Origin: an uncultured archaeon
Lineage (GTDB): Archaea; Hadarchaeota; Hadarchaeia; Hadarchaeales; WYZ-LMO6
Length of the DNA stretch: 64,000 nucleotides
Direction: 5' to 3'
NCBI GenBank assembly: GCA_938074535.1
Contig: CALJER010000008.1
Coordinates: 23,523 to 87,522, forward strand
Shown: positions 1 to 8,887 of the stretch, in pieces
How the letters are laid out: every line of letters begins with the position of its first letter
Numbering within the stretch: the stretch's first letter is position 1
The notes under the pieces: model-generated
Database searches by the model: none
What the model was told of the DNA's origin: nothing
The model's input: only the letters and a program-made list of their open reading frames with translations
Made by a program: the position numbers and the translations under genes

Positions 1-327
1 CCGGAGGAGAAGGTGCGTGACAACGCGGAGGCGGAGGCCCTGGACCTCATCCTCTGGGAGGCGGTGCAGAGGCACGGAAAAAAGGTGTACGAAATTGACA
101 CGAGCGGGAGGAGAAACACCGTCTCCCTCTTCCTGGAGGCCCTGGAGGAGGGCGTCAAGCTGCCCCCGGGAGGAGTGAGGTGGCTGGAAGAGTACGTGAA
201 TCTGTGGGAGACCAGGCGCTGGAAGCCGAGGGACGGTGGAGGCGGCATCCTCGCAGTCCCCGCAGAGCGGAAGCTCAGAGACGCTGCACCTAAAGTTGAA
301 AACACGAAAGCAAAGGGCCCGCCGTAA
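1..327 (+). CDS. C-terminal fragment of a hypothetical protein; the gene begins upstream of the window
   Basis: Frame 1 is open from nucleotide 1 and ends at TAA 325-327. No family recognised. Confidence 0.3.
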   Translation, partial: PEEKVRDNAEAEALDLILWEAVQRHGKKVYEIDTSGRRNTVSLFLEALEEGVKLPPGGVRWLEEYVNLWETRRWKPRDGGGGILAVPAERKLRDAAPKVENTKAKGPP

Positions 328-328
328 A

Positions 329-604
329 ATGAAGAAAATCCTTGCTTCGGCAGTAGCGGTGCTGGTCGCGTCTGTTCTGGCGGCGGGTCTCATCCACCTG
401 AGCAAAAAAAAACCCGCCGAGGAGCTGCTGGGGCTGGGGAACCTCTACAACATGTGCGGCAACCATCCCCTCTGGCGCCAGTTCCTCATGGACAGGATAG
501 CGGGGCAGGCGCGGGGAGAGGTGGATGGAACCTCCTCGGCGGACCAGGGGACCCCGGGGACTGCTCCTGCGACTACTGCATGCAAGCCTTCAACCGTTGC
601 CTAG
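329..604 (+). CDS. Small putative membrane/secreted protein (N-terminal hydrophobic segment MKKILASAVAVLVASVLAAGL)
   Basis: ATG at 329 lies 1 nt after the upstream stop. Signal-peptide/TM-like N-terminus. No family recognised. Confidence 0.3.
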   Translation: MKKILASAVAVLVASVLAAGLIHLSKKKPAEELLGLGNLYNMCGNHPLWRQFLMDRIAGQARGEVDGTSSADQGTPGTAPATTACKPSTVA

Positions 605-616
605 CCTAACACTCCT

Positions 617-796
617 CGCCGGAGGAACTGCGGCGGCTCTGCACTCCGCGCTGGTAAACAACTTCACCTGGCTCAGCTGGAACGCCCGTAACAGCTTCGA
701 GAACATGGGCGTCACGCTCCAGGAGGCCCATATCCCGTTTGAGGTCGCCTGCAAGGGCGACGTGGTCTTAAACCGCTCACGCCGGAGGAACTGCGG
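617..796. repeat. Perfect 17-bp direct repeat CGCCGGAGGAACTGCGG (617-633 and 780-796)
   Basis: Two exact copies 163 bp apart, inside a region (about 605-1263) with no clean gene model. Confidence 0.8.
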
Positions 797-1263
797 AAGT
801 ACCGGGTCGTGGTGGTGCCCAAAGATTACGACCTCGGGCTGGAAACCCCGAACCTGCTGCAGCAGCACTCCGCCGCCGGGGGCTTCGTCCTGAAGCGAGA
901 CGACTTCGATGATTCCCAGCTCATACCCGCCCTGGGGGGTTCGGGATCGACCTCGGGCTGGGAACGCTCCGGGGGACCTCTCACTGATGGCCCACCGCGG
1001 GAATGGCTCATCCCGCTGCACATGCTCAACTACAGGTACGACAGGGGAGCAAGCGGCTTCTCGGACCTAACCGGAGTGGAGGTGACACTGACCGTCCCGG
1101 AGGGTCTCACCCTGGAGGGAAGAGTGCTGAAGGTTCTCAGCCCGGAGGGAGGGAGCACCGCTCTGGACTTCGAGGTGCGTGGGGGGAGGTCGCGTTCGCC
1201 CTCCCCAGCCTCCACCGTTACTCCCTCGCAGCGTTCGAGTGAGAAGCGGCCCGACACACCGGG

Positions 1264-2217
1264 TCAGCTCAACTCCCACTTGACCTTTTCTCCCTCCTCC
1301 ACCCTCCTCACCCTCCCCCCCTCCTCCAGGTACCTCAGATGGGCCAGGGTCTCACCGGTAGCAAACCATCTCTGAATGGGGGGGAACCTCTCCCAGGGAT
1401 CCTCGAAATCCCAGGTCATACCGGAGGCCAGCTCGTAGGCGGTTTTTCTTCCCCCCTCGAGCAGGGAGAGGACCTCCTCCGCCCTCAGGTGGTGGTGGAG
1501 CTTGAGCTCCTCCACCCTGCCCCTGAGATCCCGGAAGGGCCTCCGGTGGCCGGGGAGAACGAGATCCACTTCCATGGAAGCCACCCTCTCCAGGCTCTTC
1601 AGGTAGTCCCCCAGCGGGTTCTCCTCCTCAGAGAGGGGGGTGATGTTGGGGGTGATGTCCCCCAGCACATGGTCCCCAGAAAGGAGGAGCTTTTGATGGG
1701 GCTCGTAGAGGCAGAGATGCCCCCTCGTGTGGCCCGGAGTTGAGACGCAGACGAAGGAGAACTCCCCCACCTCTATCCTGCTTCCCTCGCCCACGAAGGT
1801 GAAGGTGGGAAGGGCGCTGGGCCCGTACAGACGCCCCGGATGGGTCTCCAGCATCCTGAGGAGCTCCTCTTCTGGGATGCCTGCGAGGAGAATCAATCCC
1901 CCCACTCCCTCCCAGGAAGCGAGGAGCTCTGATTCCGGCCTGTTGAAGTAAACGCGTGAATCCCCTGAGGCAAGGAAGGAGACCAGCCCCAGGTGGTCGG
2001 CGTGGAGGTGGGTGATGAAGAAATCCGTCTTCTGCGGATCCACCCCCAGCTCCCTCAGGGCCCGAAGAAGGACCGAGGCGCACTCCTCACGGTTCATCCC
2101 CGTATCCACCACAAGATCCCTTTCCTCACCCTTCACCACGTAGGAGTTCACCGACTTCAGGGGGCTGCGGGGCAGGGGGACCTCCACCCGGTGGAGGCCC
2201 GGCAGGACCTCCTCCAT
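1264..2217 (-). CDS. MBL-fold metallo-hydrolase with a C-terminal winged-helix-like domain
   Basis: Metallo-beta-lactamase motif THLHADHLG plus downstream His/Asp ligands. Paralogous (about 30% identity by eye) to the CDS at 61220..62140. Confidence 0.85.
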   Translation of the reverse strand: MEEVLPGLHRVEVPLPRSPLKSVNSYVVKGEERDLVVDTGMNREECASVLLRALRELGVDPQKTDFFITHLHADHLGLVSFLASGDSRVYFNRPESELLASWEGVGGLILLAGIPEEELLRMLETHPGRLYGPSALPTFTFVGEGSRIEVGEFSFVCVSTPGHTRGHLCLYEPHQKLLLSGDHVLGDITPNITPLSEEENPLGDYLKSLERVASMEVDLVLPGHRRPFRDLRGRVEELKLHHHLRAEEVLSLLEGGRKTAYELASGMTWDFEDPWERFPPIQRWFATGETLAHLRYLEEGGRVRRVEEGEKVKWELS

Positions 2218-2353
2218 CCCCCCACCTAACCCTGGGGGTATTTATGCCGAACCGTCTGGGAAGAAGTCGGGGCGAATTTTAGAGAAAACCCGGAAAACTT
2301 TTTCCTTTTCCGCCAAACACCCTTTAACCTCCTCCTTTCCCACCACCCCATAC

Positions 2354-2363
2354 CTTTATAAAG
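2354..2363 (+). promoter_or_regulatory. TATA box (CTTTATAAAG) about 25-30 nt upstream of the htpX ATG; a leaderless transcript is likely
   Basis: AT-rich octamer at the canonical archaeal distance from the start codon. Confidence 0.5.
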
Positions 2364-2386
2364 AGCCTTCCCTTTTTCTTTTTTTG

Positions 2387-3247
2387 ATGTGGATTCTTAG
2401 AACCACCCTGCTCCTGGGAGCCATGACCGGGCTCCTGCTGGTGGTGGGGCTGGGGCTGGCCTACGTGGCCGGTCTTCCCTTCCTCCCCACCCTCACGGCA
2501 GCCTTCGTGCTGGCCATGGTGATGAACCTGGTGATGTTCTTCTACGCCGACAAGTGGGTGCTGCGGATGTACAGGGCGAAACTGGTGAGCGAGGAGGAGC
2601 AGCCCACCCTCCACCGCCTCGTTTCCAGGCTGGCGGAGAGGGCGGGAATCCGAAAACCGAGGGTGGCGGTGGTTCCCATGGACGTCCCCAACGCCTTCGC
2701 CACCGGAAGGAACGACAGGAACGCGGTGGTGGCCGTGACCAGGGGGGCCATGGAGGTGCTGAAGGAGGAGGAGCTGGAGGGGGTGATAGGGCACGAGCTG
2801 GCCCACATCAAGAACCGGGACATGCTGGTGAGCACCCTGGCCGCCATCGTGGCCGGTGCCATCTCCTACCTGGCGCTGGTGGGGAGGATGCAGCTCTTCT
2901 TTGGAGGCGGCGACAGGAGGAGCGGGGGAAGCACCCTTCTTCTCCTGCTGGCCCTCATCCTCGTGCCCCTGGCCGCCGTGATGATAAGGCTGGCCGTGTC
3001 CAGGACCAGGGAATACGGGGCGGACGAGGAGGGGGCCAGGATCTCGGGCAAGCCCCTGGCCCTGGCGGCGGCCCTCAGGAGGCTGGAGGAGTACTCCCGC
3101 TCGGAGAGGATGGTGCAGGGGAATCCCTCCACCTCGAACCTCTTCATCGTCAACCCCTTCAGGGGAAGCCACCTGCTGGAGCTTTTCTCCACCCACCCCT
3201 CCACCGACAAGAGGATCCAGAGGCTGGAGGCCCTGGCAAGGGCGTGA
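2387..3247 (+). CDS. htpX: Zn-dependent protease HtpX (peptidase M48)
   Basis: N-terminal TM helices, HEXXH motif (HELAHIKNRD) and a second TM pair. The ORF-track start at 2384 is TTG; ATG at 2387 was chosen. Confidence 0.9.
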   Translation: MWILRTTLLLGAMTGLLLVVGLGLAYVAGLPFLPTLTAAFVLAMVMNLVMFFYADKWVLRMYRAKLVSEEEQPTLHRLVSRLAERAGIRKPRVAVVPMDVPNAFATGRNDRNAVVAVTRGAMEVLKEEELEGVIGHELAHIKNRDMLVSTLAAIVAGAISYLALVGRMQLFFGGGDRRSGGSTLLLLLALILVPLAAVMIRLAVSRTREYGADEEGARISGKPLALAAALRRLEEYSRSERMVQGNPSTSNLFIVNPFRGSHLLELFSTHPSTDKRIQRLEALARA

Positions 3248-3253
3248 GCGGGC

Positions 3254-3412
3254 TCAGAACATCAGGTGGAGGAAAACCACGAGCAGGATGGAGGCCAGGG
3301 AGAAGCCCACCACCGTCCTCGGGGAGACCTTTATCCCCTCACCCTCCTCCGAGAAGTACCTCATCAGACCGGCACCGCTGGGGGGCAGCCTTTCCTCCCT
3401 CCTGCGCATCAT
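3254..3412 (-). CDS. Preprotein translocase Sec61-beta / archaeal SecG (52 aa, C-terminal TM anchor)
   Basis: MMRRREERLPPSGAGLMRYFSEEGEGIKVSPRTVVGFSLASILLVVFLHLMF matches the archaeal Sec61-beta signature (GLxRYF...KxxPxxVV + TM helix). It sits inside a longer spurious ORF (3254..3640). Confidence 0.6.
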   Translation of the reverse strand: MMRRREERLPPSGAGLMRYFSEEGEGIKVSPRTVVGFSLASILLVVFLHLMF

Positions 3413-3430
3413 CCCTCTCCTCTTCCCGCA

Positions 3431-3440
3431 CCTTTTAACC
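3431..3440. promoter_or_regulatory. Possible shared TATA element (CCTTTTAACC) for the divergent leaderless genes Sec61-beta and the PIN/PhoH ATPase
   Basis: Near-palindromic AT core about 20-25 nt from ATG 3412 on the minus strand and from ATG 3464 on the plus strand. Confidence 0.4.
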
Positions 3441-3463
3441 CTTCCGGGAGGAATAGCAGTAAC

Positions 3464-4849
3464 ATGGTGAAGAGGTACCTGCCGGACGAAACCGTGCTGC
3501 TCAACGGAATGCTGAAAAGGAGGGTGGAGGAGGAAGGGGACTGCGAGGTGGTGGTGCCCAATCTCCTGCTGGCCCACCTCGAGGCCCAGGCCAGGGAGGG
3601 AAAGGACTCCGGACTGGTGGGGCTGGCCGAACTCTCCCACCTGAAGAAGCTCTCCGAGGAGGGCAGGATCAAGCTCAGCTTCTGGGGGGAGCGGGAGCTC
3701 CGCGAGGAGGGCAGCCTGAGCCGCCTGCTCAGGGAGGCCGCCGGAGAGTCGGATTCCGTCCTCCTCACCAGCGACCAGGTCACGGCGGAGCTGGCGAGGA
3801 TCGAGGGACTGAGGGTGGAGCTCCTCTCACCGCCTCCGGAGGAGAGGAAGCCCAGACTCCTGGAGTACTTCGGTCCCGACACCATGTCCGTGCACCTGAA
3901 GGCGAAGGTGAGACCCCTGGCCAAGGTGGGGAGACCCGGGAAGCTGAGGGTGCAGTACGCCGGGGAACATCCCCTGAGCGAGAGGGAGCTGAGGGAGATG
4001 GTCCACGAGATCGTGGAGCTGGCCAAGCGCGATCCCGAATGCTTCGTGGAGATAGAGAGGAAGGGCGCCACGGTAATCCAGTACAGGGAGTACAGGATAG
4101 CCATAGCCCGGCCGCCCTTCAGCGACGGCCTGGAGATCACGGCCGTGAGGCCCGTGGCCAAGGTGAGGCTGGAGGACTACAGGCTCTCGAACAAGCTGAA
4201 GGAGAGGCTGAAGGGCAGCGCGGAGGGGATCCTCATCGCCGGCCCTCCCGGCGCGGGCAAGAGCACCTTCGCCCAGGCCCTGGCGGAGTTCTACCGTTCC
4301 TCCCACAAAATCGTGAAGACCATGGAATCACCCAGGGACCTGCAGGTGGGGGACGAGATCACGCAGTACACCTCCCTGGAGGGGGACATGGAGAAGACCG
4401 CCGACATCCTCCTGCTGGTGAGGCCGGACTACACCATCTACGACGAGCTGAGGAAGACCTCCGACTTCCAGATCTTCACCGACATGAGGCTGGCCGGGGT
4501 GGGGATGGTGGGAGTGGTGCACTCCACCAGGGCCATCGATGCCGTCCAGCGCCTCATCGGGAGGGTGGAGCTGGGCATGATCCCCATGATCGTGGACACC
4601 GTCATCTTCATCAAGGAGGGAGAAATCTCGCAGGTCTACTCCCTCAGGTCCTCCATCAAGGTCCCCTCCGGGATGAGGGACGAGGACCTGGCCAGGCCCC
4701 TGGTGGAGGTGCTGGACTTCGAGACCGGGGAGCCTGTCTACGAGATTTACACCTTCGGGGAGCAGGTGGTGGTCAGCGATCTGAGGGAGCTGCGGCAGCA
4801 GGGGAGGGAGGCCCCTCCCTTCAGGTACTCCCGCAGGAGGTGGAGGTAG
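3464..4849 (+). CDS. PIN-domain / PhoH-like P-loop ATPase with C-terminal KH domain (COG1855-type)
   Basis: N-terminal PIN-like acidic residues, Walker A GPPGAGKST and a KH-like C-terminus. The upstream part of ORF 3266.. overlaps Sec61-beta and was rejected. ATG at 3464. Confidence 0.8.
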   Translation: MVKRYLPDETVLLNGMLKRRVEEEGDCEVVVPNLLLAHLEAQAREGKDSGLVGLAELSHLKKLSEEGRIKLSFWGERELREEGSLSRLLREAAGESDSVLLTSDQVTAELARIEGLRVELLSPPPEERKPRLLEYFGPDTMSVHLKAKVRPLAKVGRPGKLRVQYAGEHPLSERELREMVHEIVELAKRDPECFVEIERKGATVIQYREYRIAIARPPFSDGLEITAVRPVAKVRLEDYRLSNKLKERLKGSAEGILIAGPPGAGKSTFAQALAEFYRSSHKIVKTMESPRDLQVGDEITQYTSLEGDMEKTADILLLVRPDYTIYDELRKTSDFQIFTDMRLAGVGMVGVVHSTRAIDAVQRLIGRVELGMIPMIVDTVIFIKEGEISQVYSLRSSIKVPSGMRDEDLARPLVEVLDFETGEPVYEIYTFGEQVVVSDLRELRQQGREAPPFRYSRRRWR

Positions 4850-5351
4850 ATCCGGCCCCTCCCTGGAGGAACCTCCTCTGGACCTCCAGCACCTCCTCGC
4901 TGTTCCTCGCACGGGCATATCCCTCCAGCCGCTCCAGGTTCAGGTCGAAGAAGGAGGGCCCCCACTTGAAGGGCCTCAGCATCTCCTCCGCCTCCTCCCT
5001 GTGCCCCAGGATGAAGAGGGCCGCCGACAGGGCCTCGGCCGTGCTGAGGGTGGTGGGCCTCCCGTAGTGGGTGGGGTTGGCGGCCACCAGATAGGGAAGG
5101 ATCCTGGGCACCAGCCCCCTCGGGGGGACCTGCTCGCAGAGGTGCTTCCAGGAGCAGTCCAGGGCCGCCAGCCCCCTTCTCTCCGCGATCCCCCTGTCCT
5201 CCGGGGAGAGGGCTTTCCCGGCCCTCGGATCCAGCAGGACCGCACCCCGCGGCAGGTGGCTGAAGCGGAAAACCATCTCCACCTTGCCCAGCCTGCGCAG
5301 GCGCAGGGCGGTGCACCTCCTGGGATCGCACTCCCCCGCACCGTAGACCAC
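4821..5351 (-). CDS. tsr3: Ribosome biogenesis protein Tsr3 (18S/16S rRNA aminocarboxypropyltransferase family)
   Basis: The LRIVVYGAGECDPRRCTALRL...LSTAEALSAALFILG signature matches Tsr3/DUF367. A GTG start at 5351 with a GAGGA spacer lies 6 nt after the radical-SAM stop. Confidence 0.7.
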   Translation of the reverse strand: MVYGAGECDPRRCTALRLRRLGKVEMVFRFSHLPRGAVLLDPRAGKALSPEDRGIAERRGLAALDCSWKHLCEQVPPRGLVPRILPYLVAANPTHYGRPTTLSTAEALSAALFILGHREEAEEMLRPFKWGPSFFDLNLERLEGYARARNSEEVLEVQRRFLQGGAGSTSTSCGST

Positions 5352-5356
5352 TATCC

Positions 5357-6409
5357 TCAGAACCCTCCCCCTCCCGAACCTTTGCCCGCGTTCCCAAAGG
5401 GACACTCGGGGTCGGGGGCGGAGGGCCTCCCCTGCACCTTCAGCACCCTGGACATGCACCCGAAGCACTGGTGGAAGTGGGGGCAGGGGGAGCAGGGGGG
5501 CTCCCTCCCCTCCCTGGACTTGAACCTGCGGATGAGCTCCGAGCCCCTCACTTTCTCCCAGGCCCTCCTCAGGCTCTCCTCCGGGTAGCGGGAAAGGGTG
5601 AGAGAGGGAGGGGAGAACATGCAGGGGAGGATCCCACCGTCCGGGGCCAGGTAGAGGGTGGTCCCGCAGGCACATCCCCTCACCTCCGGAATGGTTATCC
5701 CGCTCCTCCCGCCGGGGAGGGAGACACCCTCCCTCTCGGCGAAGGCCCAGAGGAAGGGGGCATCGTAGTAGACCTCCACCCCCCAGTCCCTGCCGTAGAT
5801 CAGGCGCATGGCCCGGAGGTGGTCCCGGGGGGAAAGACCGTAGGCCCTGTAGTAGGGGTCCTCGCCGCCGTCCCTGGGCTGGAGGGGGATGAAGGTCACG
5901 AACTTCCCCCCCTGCCTCCTGACGAACTCCACCGTTTCCCCCATCTGGTGCAGGTTCTTCCTGGAGAGAACCACCGTGACACCGTGGAAGATTCCCTCCC
6001 TGCTGGCCCTCTCCACGCCCCGCTGGAAGGACTGAAAGCTGGCCCCCTCCTTCGTCTCCTCGTAGACCTCCCTGCTCGCCCCGTCCATGGAGAAAACCAC
6101 CCTCACTCCCCTCCTTCCCAGCTCCCTGGCGAGCTCCTCCCCGAGCAGGGAGCCGTTGGTGATGAGGTAGAGGTCCAGCCCCTCCATCTCCGAGAGGAGG
6201 GGGAGCAGGCCCTCCCTCAGGAGGGGCTCTCCTCCCTCCAGGATTACCCAGTCCGGCCTCAGCTCCACTATTTCCTCCGCCAGAGGAAGAAGGAGCTCTC
6301 TGGGCATCTCCTCCGCCTTCTCCGCCAGGCAGTGCCTGCACCTCAGGTTGCACCTGGAAGTTATGGCCCAGTCAACGAAGCGCGGCCCCATCCTCCCACC
6401 AAAACCCAC
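5357..6409 (-). CDS. Radical SAM protein with C-terminal SPASM/twitch Cys cluster
   Basis: CNLRCRHC (CxxxCxxC) near the N-terminus. C-terminal CACGTTLYLAPDGGILPC and CSPCPHFHQCFGC clusters. Start is GTG 6409 or ATG 6391. Confidence 0.8.
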   Translation of the reverse strand: MGFGGRMGPRFVDWAITSRCNLRCRHCLAEKAEEMPRELLLPLAEEIVELRPDWVILEGGEPLLREGLLPLLSEMEGLDLYLITNGSLLGEELARELGRRGVRVVFSMDGASREVYEETKEGASFQSFQRGVERASREGIFHGVTVVLSRKNLHQMGETVEFVRRQGGKFVTFIPLQPRDGGEDPYYRAYGLSPRDHLRAMRLIYGRDWGVEVYYDAPFLWAFAEREGVSLPGGRSGITIPEVRGCACGTTLYLAPDGGILPCMFSPPSLTLSRYPEESLRRAWEKVRGSELIRRFKSREGREPPCSPCPHFHQCFGCMSRVLKVQGRPSAPDPECPFGNAGKGSGGGGF

Positions 6410-6433
6410 CGAGCACCTCCTATAAAAGCGAAG

Positions 6434-6835
6434 CTACTCGAGCTCCACCACCACCCAGCCGCGCTTCCTGAGCTCCTCCGCCACGAAACGCCGGTGGCAG
6501 ATGGAAGAGAGCGGCTCCACGCACATCACACAAACCCTCCTCCTCTCCGCCAGCTTCTCGAGTTTCTCCATCCCCCTGGCGAACTCCTCCGTGCGCATGA
6601 ACCTCCTGTATCCCCCCCTCCTGTAGCCCCCAAGCTCGGGCAGGTGGGAGTAGGAGAGCCCCAGGGAGGGGAGGGACCTCTCCAGCTCCTCCTTTTTGAA
6701 CTCTTCCCTCTTGGAGGTGGGAAAAGCCCTGACGTCCACCACCGCCTCCACCCGGGAGCGACGCAGGAGCTCCGCGAGCTGAGGCAGGGTCTTGTTCCCG
6801 TAACCCACCGTCCAAATCCTCTTCTCCCCGCCCAC
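6434..6835 (-). CDS. DUF488 family protein
   Basis: IWTVGYGNKTLPQLAELL N-terminus and a C-terminal CHR motif, typical of DUF488. Confidence 0.65.
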   Translation of the reverse strand: MGGEKRIWTVGYGNKTLPQLAELLRRSRVEAVVDVRAFPTSKREEFKKEELERSLPSLGLSYSHLPELGGYRRGGYRRFMRTEEFARGMEKLEKLAERRRVCVMCVEPLSSICHRRFVAEELRKRGWVVVELE

Positions 6836-6879
6836 CGGGTTATATCGAGAAAGGGGGAATTTAAAGGGAGGGCGGTGGT

Positions 6880-7992
6880 TTGAGGATCTCCCACGCCAGG
6901 ATCCTGGAGGGAAGAGAGCTGGAGGTGGTGGAGGGCTACCTGGAGATCAAGGAGGGAAGGATAGAGGAGATAGGAAGCGGCTTCACCCCCAGCTCGGACC
7001 TGGATCTGAAGGGAGGGTTCGTTCTTCCTCCCCTGGTGAACGCCCACACCCACCTGGCCGACTCGGTGGCCCGCGAGCTCTACGCCGGCAGAACGCAGGA
7101 GGAAACGGTGGGGCCAGAAGGGCTCAAGCTCAGGGTGCTGGAGGAAACGCCCGAGCGTGAGCTGATCGGGGAAATGCGCCGCACCCTCGGAGGCATGCTG
7201 AGAACGGGGACCCTGGCCCACTGCGACTTCAGGGAGGGCGGGAGGAGGGGCGTGGAGCTCCTGCGCGAAGCTTCCTGGGGGGGCAGGAGCCTGGTGCTGG
7301 GCCGTCCCCTCCCGGGGGAGGGGGTGGAAGAGCTCCTCTCCAGGGCGGACGGGGTGGGCCTGCCCTCCCTCCTGCGGTACCCCCTCGAAGAGCTCCGCAG
7401 CCTCTCGGAAAGGGTCAGGAAAAGGGGAAAGCTTTTCTCCTCCCACGTGGCGGAGCTTCCCCACCAGGCGGAGGAGGAGATCAGGAGGGCCCTCGAGCTG
7501 AAGCCTTCCTTTGTCGTCCACCTCACCCACGCGGGGAGGGAGGACCTCTCCTCCCTCAGGAAAGGGGGAATACCTGCGGTCTTCTGTCCCCGCTCCAACC
7601 TCCTCCTCTCGGCCGGGATCCCGCCCATAGGCGCGGCCCTGGAGGAGGGGCTCCCCTTCATGCTCGGAACCGACAATGTATGCGTTTGCTCCCCCAACCT
7701 CTGGGAGGAACTCAAGTTCGCCTGGGCCTGCGTCAGGAGGGAGAACCCGAGGGCGGGCGGGGAGGAGGCGAGGGCCCTCCTGAGGGCCGCCACCCTCGAG
7801 CCCTCCCGCCTCTTCGGCCTCTCCTGGGGCCCCCTCCAGGAAGGCGGCGAGGCGACCTTCCTCCTCCTCTCCGCGGGAGGGGAGCTGAGGAACCTCAGGG
7901 ACCCCTACTCCGGTCTGGTGAGCCGAACCCAAACCGAAAACCTCAGAGCGGTATGGTGGAGGGGGAAGGATATTTTAAGAAGAAGGGGGTAG
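6880..7992 (+). CDS. Amidohydrolase-superfamily metal-dependent deaminase/hydrolase (MtaD/DadD-like)
   Basis: VNAHTHL metal-binding motif and an (alpha/beta)8 amidohydrolase-like layout. Start is TTG at 6880 (uncertain). TATA-like GAATTTAAAG at 6858-6867. Confidence 0.7.
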   Translation: MRISHARILEGRELEVVEGYLEIKEGRIEEIGSGFTPSSDLDLKGGFVLPPLVNAHTHLADSVARELYAGRTQEETVGPEGLKLRVLEETPERELIGEMRRTLGGMLRTGTLAHCDFREGGRRGVELLREASWGGRSLVLGRPLPGEGVEELLSRADGVGLPSLLRYPLEELRSLSERVRKRGKLFSSHVAELPHQAEEEIRRALELKPSFVVHLTHAGREDLSSLRKGGIPAVFCPRSNLLLSAGIPPIGAALEEGLPFMLGTDNVCVCSPNLWEELKFAWACVRRENPRAGGEEARALLRAATLEPSRLFGLSWGPLQEGGEATFLLLSAGGELRNLRDPYSGLVSRTQTENLRAVWWRGKDILRRRG

Positions 7993-8007
7993 TGTTCTGG
8001 AGCTGGG

Positions 8008-8850
8008 GTGAAGAGCCTGAAGGTAAAGGACGTGATGACGGGGGAGGTGAAGTACGCCGAAATCCCTGGCACCAGAGCTGAGGCCATCGAGCTCCTCAAG
8101 AAGCTGGAGGTCAGCGCCATTCCTGTGGTGAACAGCAACACCAGGGAGCTGGCTGGGATGGTGACCCTCAGGAAGCTGCTGGAGCACCCGGAGGAGGACC
8201 AGCTGGCCATGCTGGTGGACAGGGACGTGCCCAGGGTGAGCCCGGAGGACGAGCTGAAGGTGGCCGCGGAACACATCCTGAGGACGGGAAACCGGAGGCT
8301 CCCCGTGGTGAAAGAGGGGGAGCTGGTGGGGGTGATAACCGTCAGGGACATCGTGTACCGTGCCCTCGCCACTATGAACCTCGAGAGGCCGGCCTCCGAC
8401 TTCATGCATCCCAGCGTGGCCGCCGTCTGGGAGGGAACCCCCCTCAGGGCAGCCGTGGAGATCATGAGCCTCGCAAGGGTAAGGGCCCTGCCGGTGATAA
8501 ACGAAAGCGGGGACCTGGTGGGGATCATCGACGACTCCGATATCATAAAGCTGGCCGAGGTGGAGACCACCTCCAAGATCAGCCAGATGACGGGAAAGAG
8601 CGAGGGGGACAGCTGGAGCTGGGACAGCGAGGCCAGGATCTACATAACCAAGACTGAGCTGAAGCTGCCCCCCACCCCCGTGAAGGAGGTCATGGTGAAG
8701 GACCTGATCTGCATCACGAAAAAAACCTCGGTGAGCAGGTGCGCTCAGCTGATGAAGGAGAACCGCATAGAGCAGACGCCCGTCCTCTCAGCCGACAACA
8801 AGTTCCTGGGGCTGGTGAGGGACATAGACTTGCTGGGTGCTCTCCTCTGA
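8008..8850 (+). CDS. CBS-domain protein (tandem CBS pairs)
   Basis: Repeated CBS signatures (VMTGEV..., VITVRDIV, VINESGDLVGIIDDSDI, LVRDIDLL). GTG start at 8008. Confidence 0.8.
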   Translation: MKSLKVKDVMTGEVKYAEIPGTRAEAIELLKKLEVSAIPVVNSNTRELAGMVTLRKLLEHPEEDQLAMLVDRDVPRVSPEDELKVAAEHILRTGNRRLPVVKEGELVGVITVRDIVYRALATMNLERPASDFMHPSVAAVWEGTPLRAAVEIMSLARVRALPVINESGDLVGIIDDSDIIKLAEVETTSKISQMTGKSEGDSWSWDSEARIYITKTELKLPPTPVKEVMVKDLICITKKTSVSRCAQLMKENRIEQTPVLSADNKFLGLVRDIDLLGALL

Positions 8851-8887
8851 CCAGGGGGTGAAACCCTTGTCGTCGGGGGAGGAGCTG

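Noticed and set aside
809-1375. 188-aa plus-strand ORF as an intact gene
   Set aside because: Its last about 110 nt overlap the well-supported MBL hydrolase gene, its composition drifts to S/P/R-rich, and no start with upstream signals was found. Treated as part of a possibly degraded region instead.
2324-3196. 290-aa minus-strand ORF (and 2554..3438 +, 294 aa) overlapping htpX
   Set aside because: Gly/His/Pro/Arg-rich low-complexity shadow ORFs typical of GC-rich DNA. htpX on the other frame has a clear HEXXH protease signature.
3266-3463. N-terminal 66-codon extension of the PIN/PhoH ATPase ORF
   Set aside because: It overlaps the conserved Sec61-beta gene on the opposite strand and precedes the TATA element. 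The internal ATG at 3464 gives a normal PIN N-terminus.
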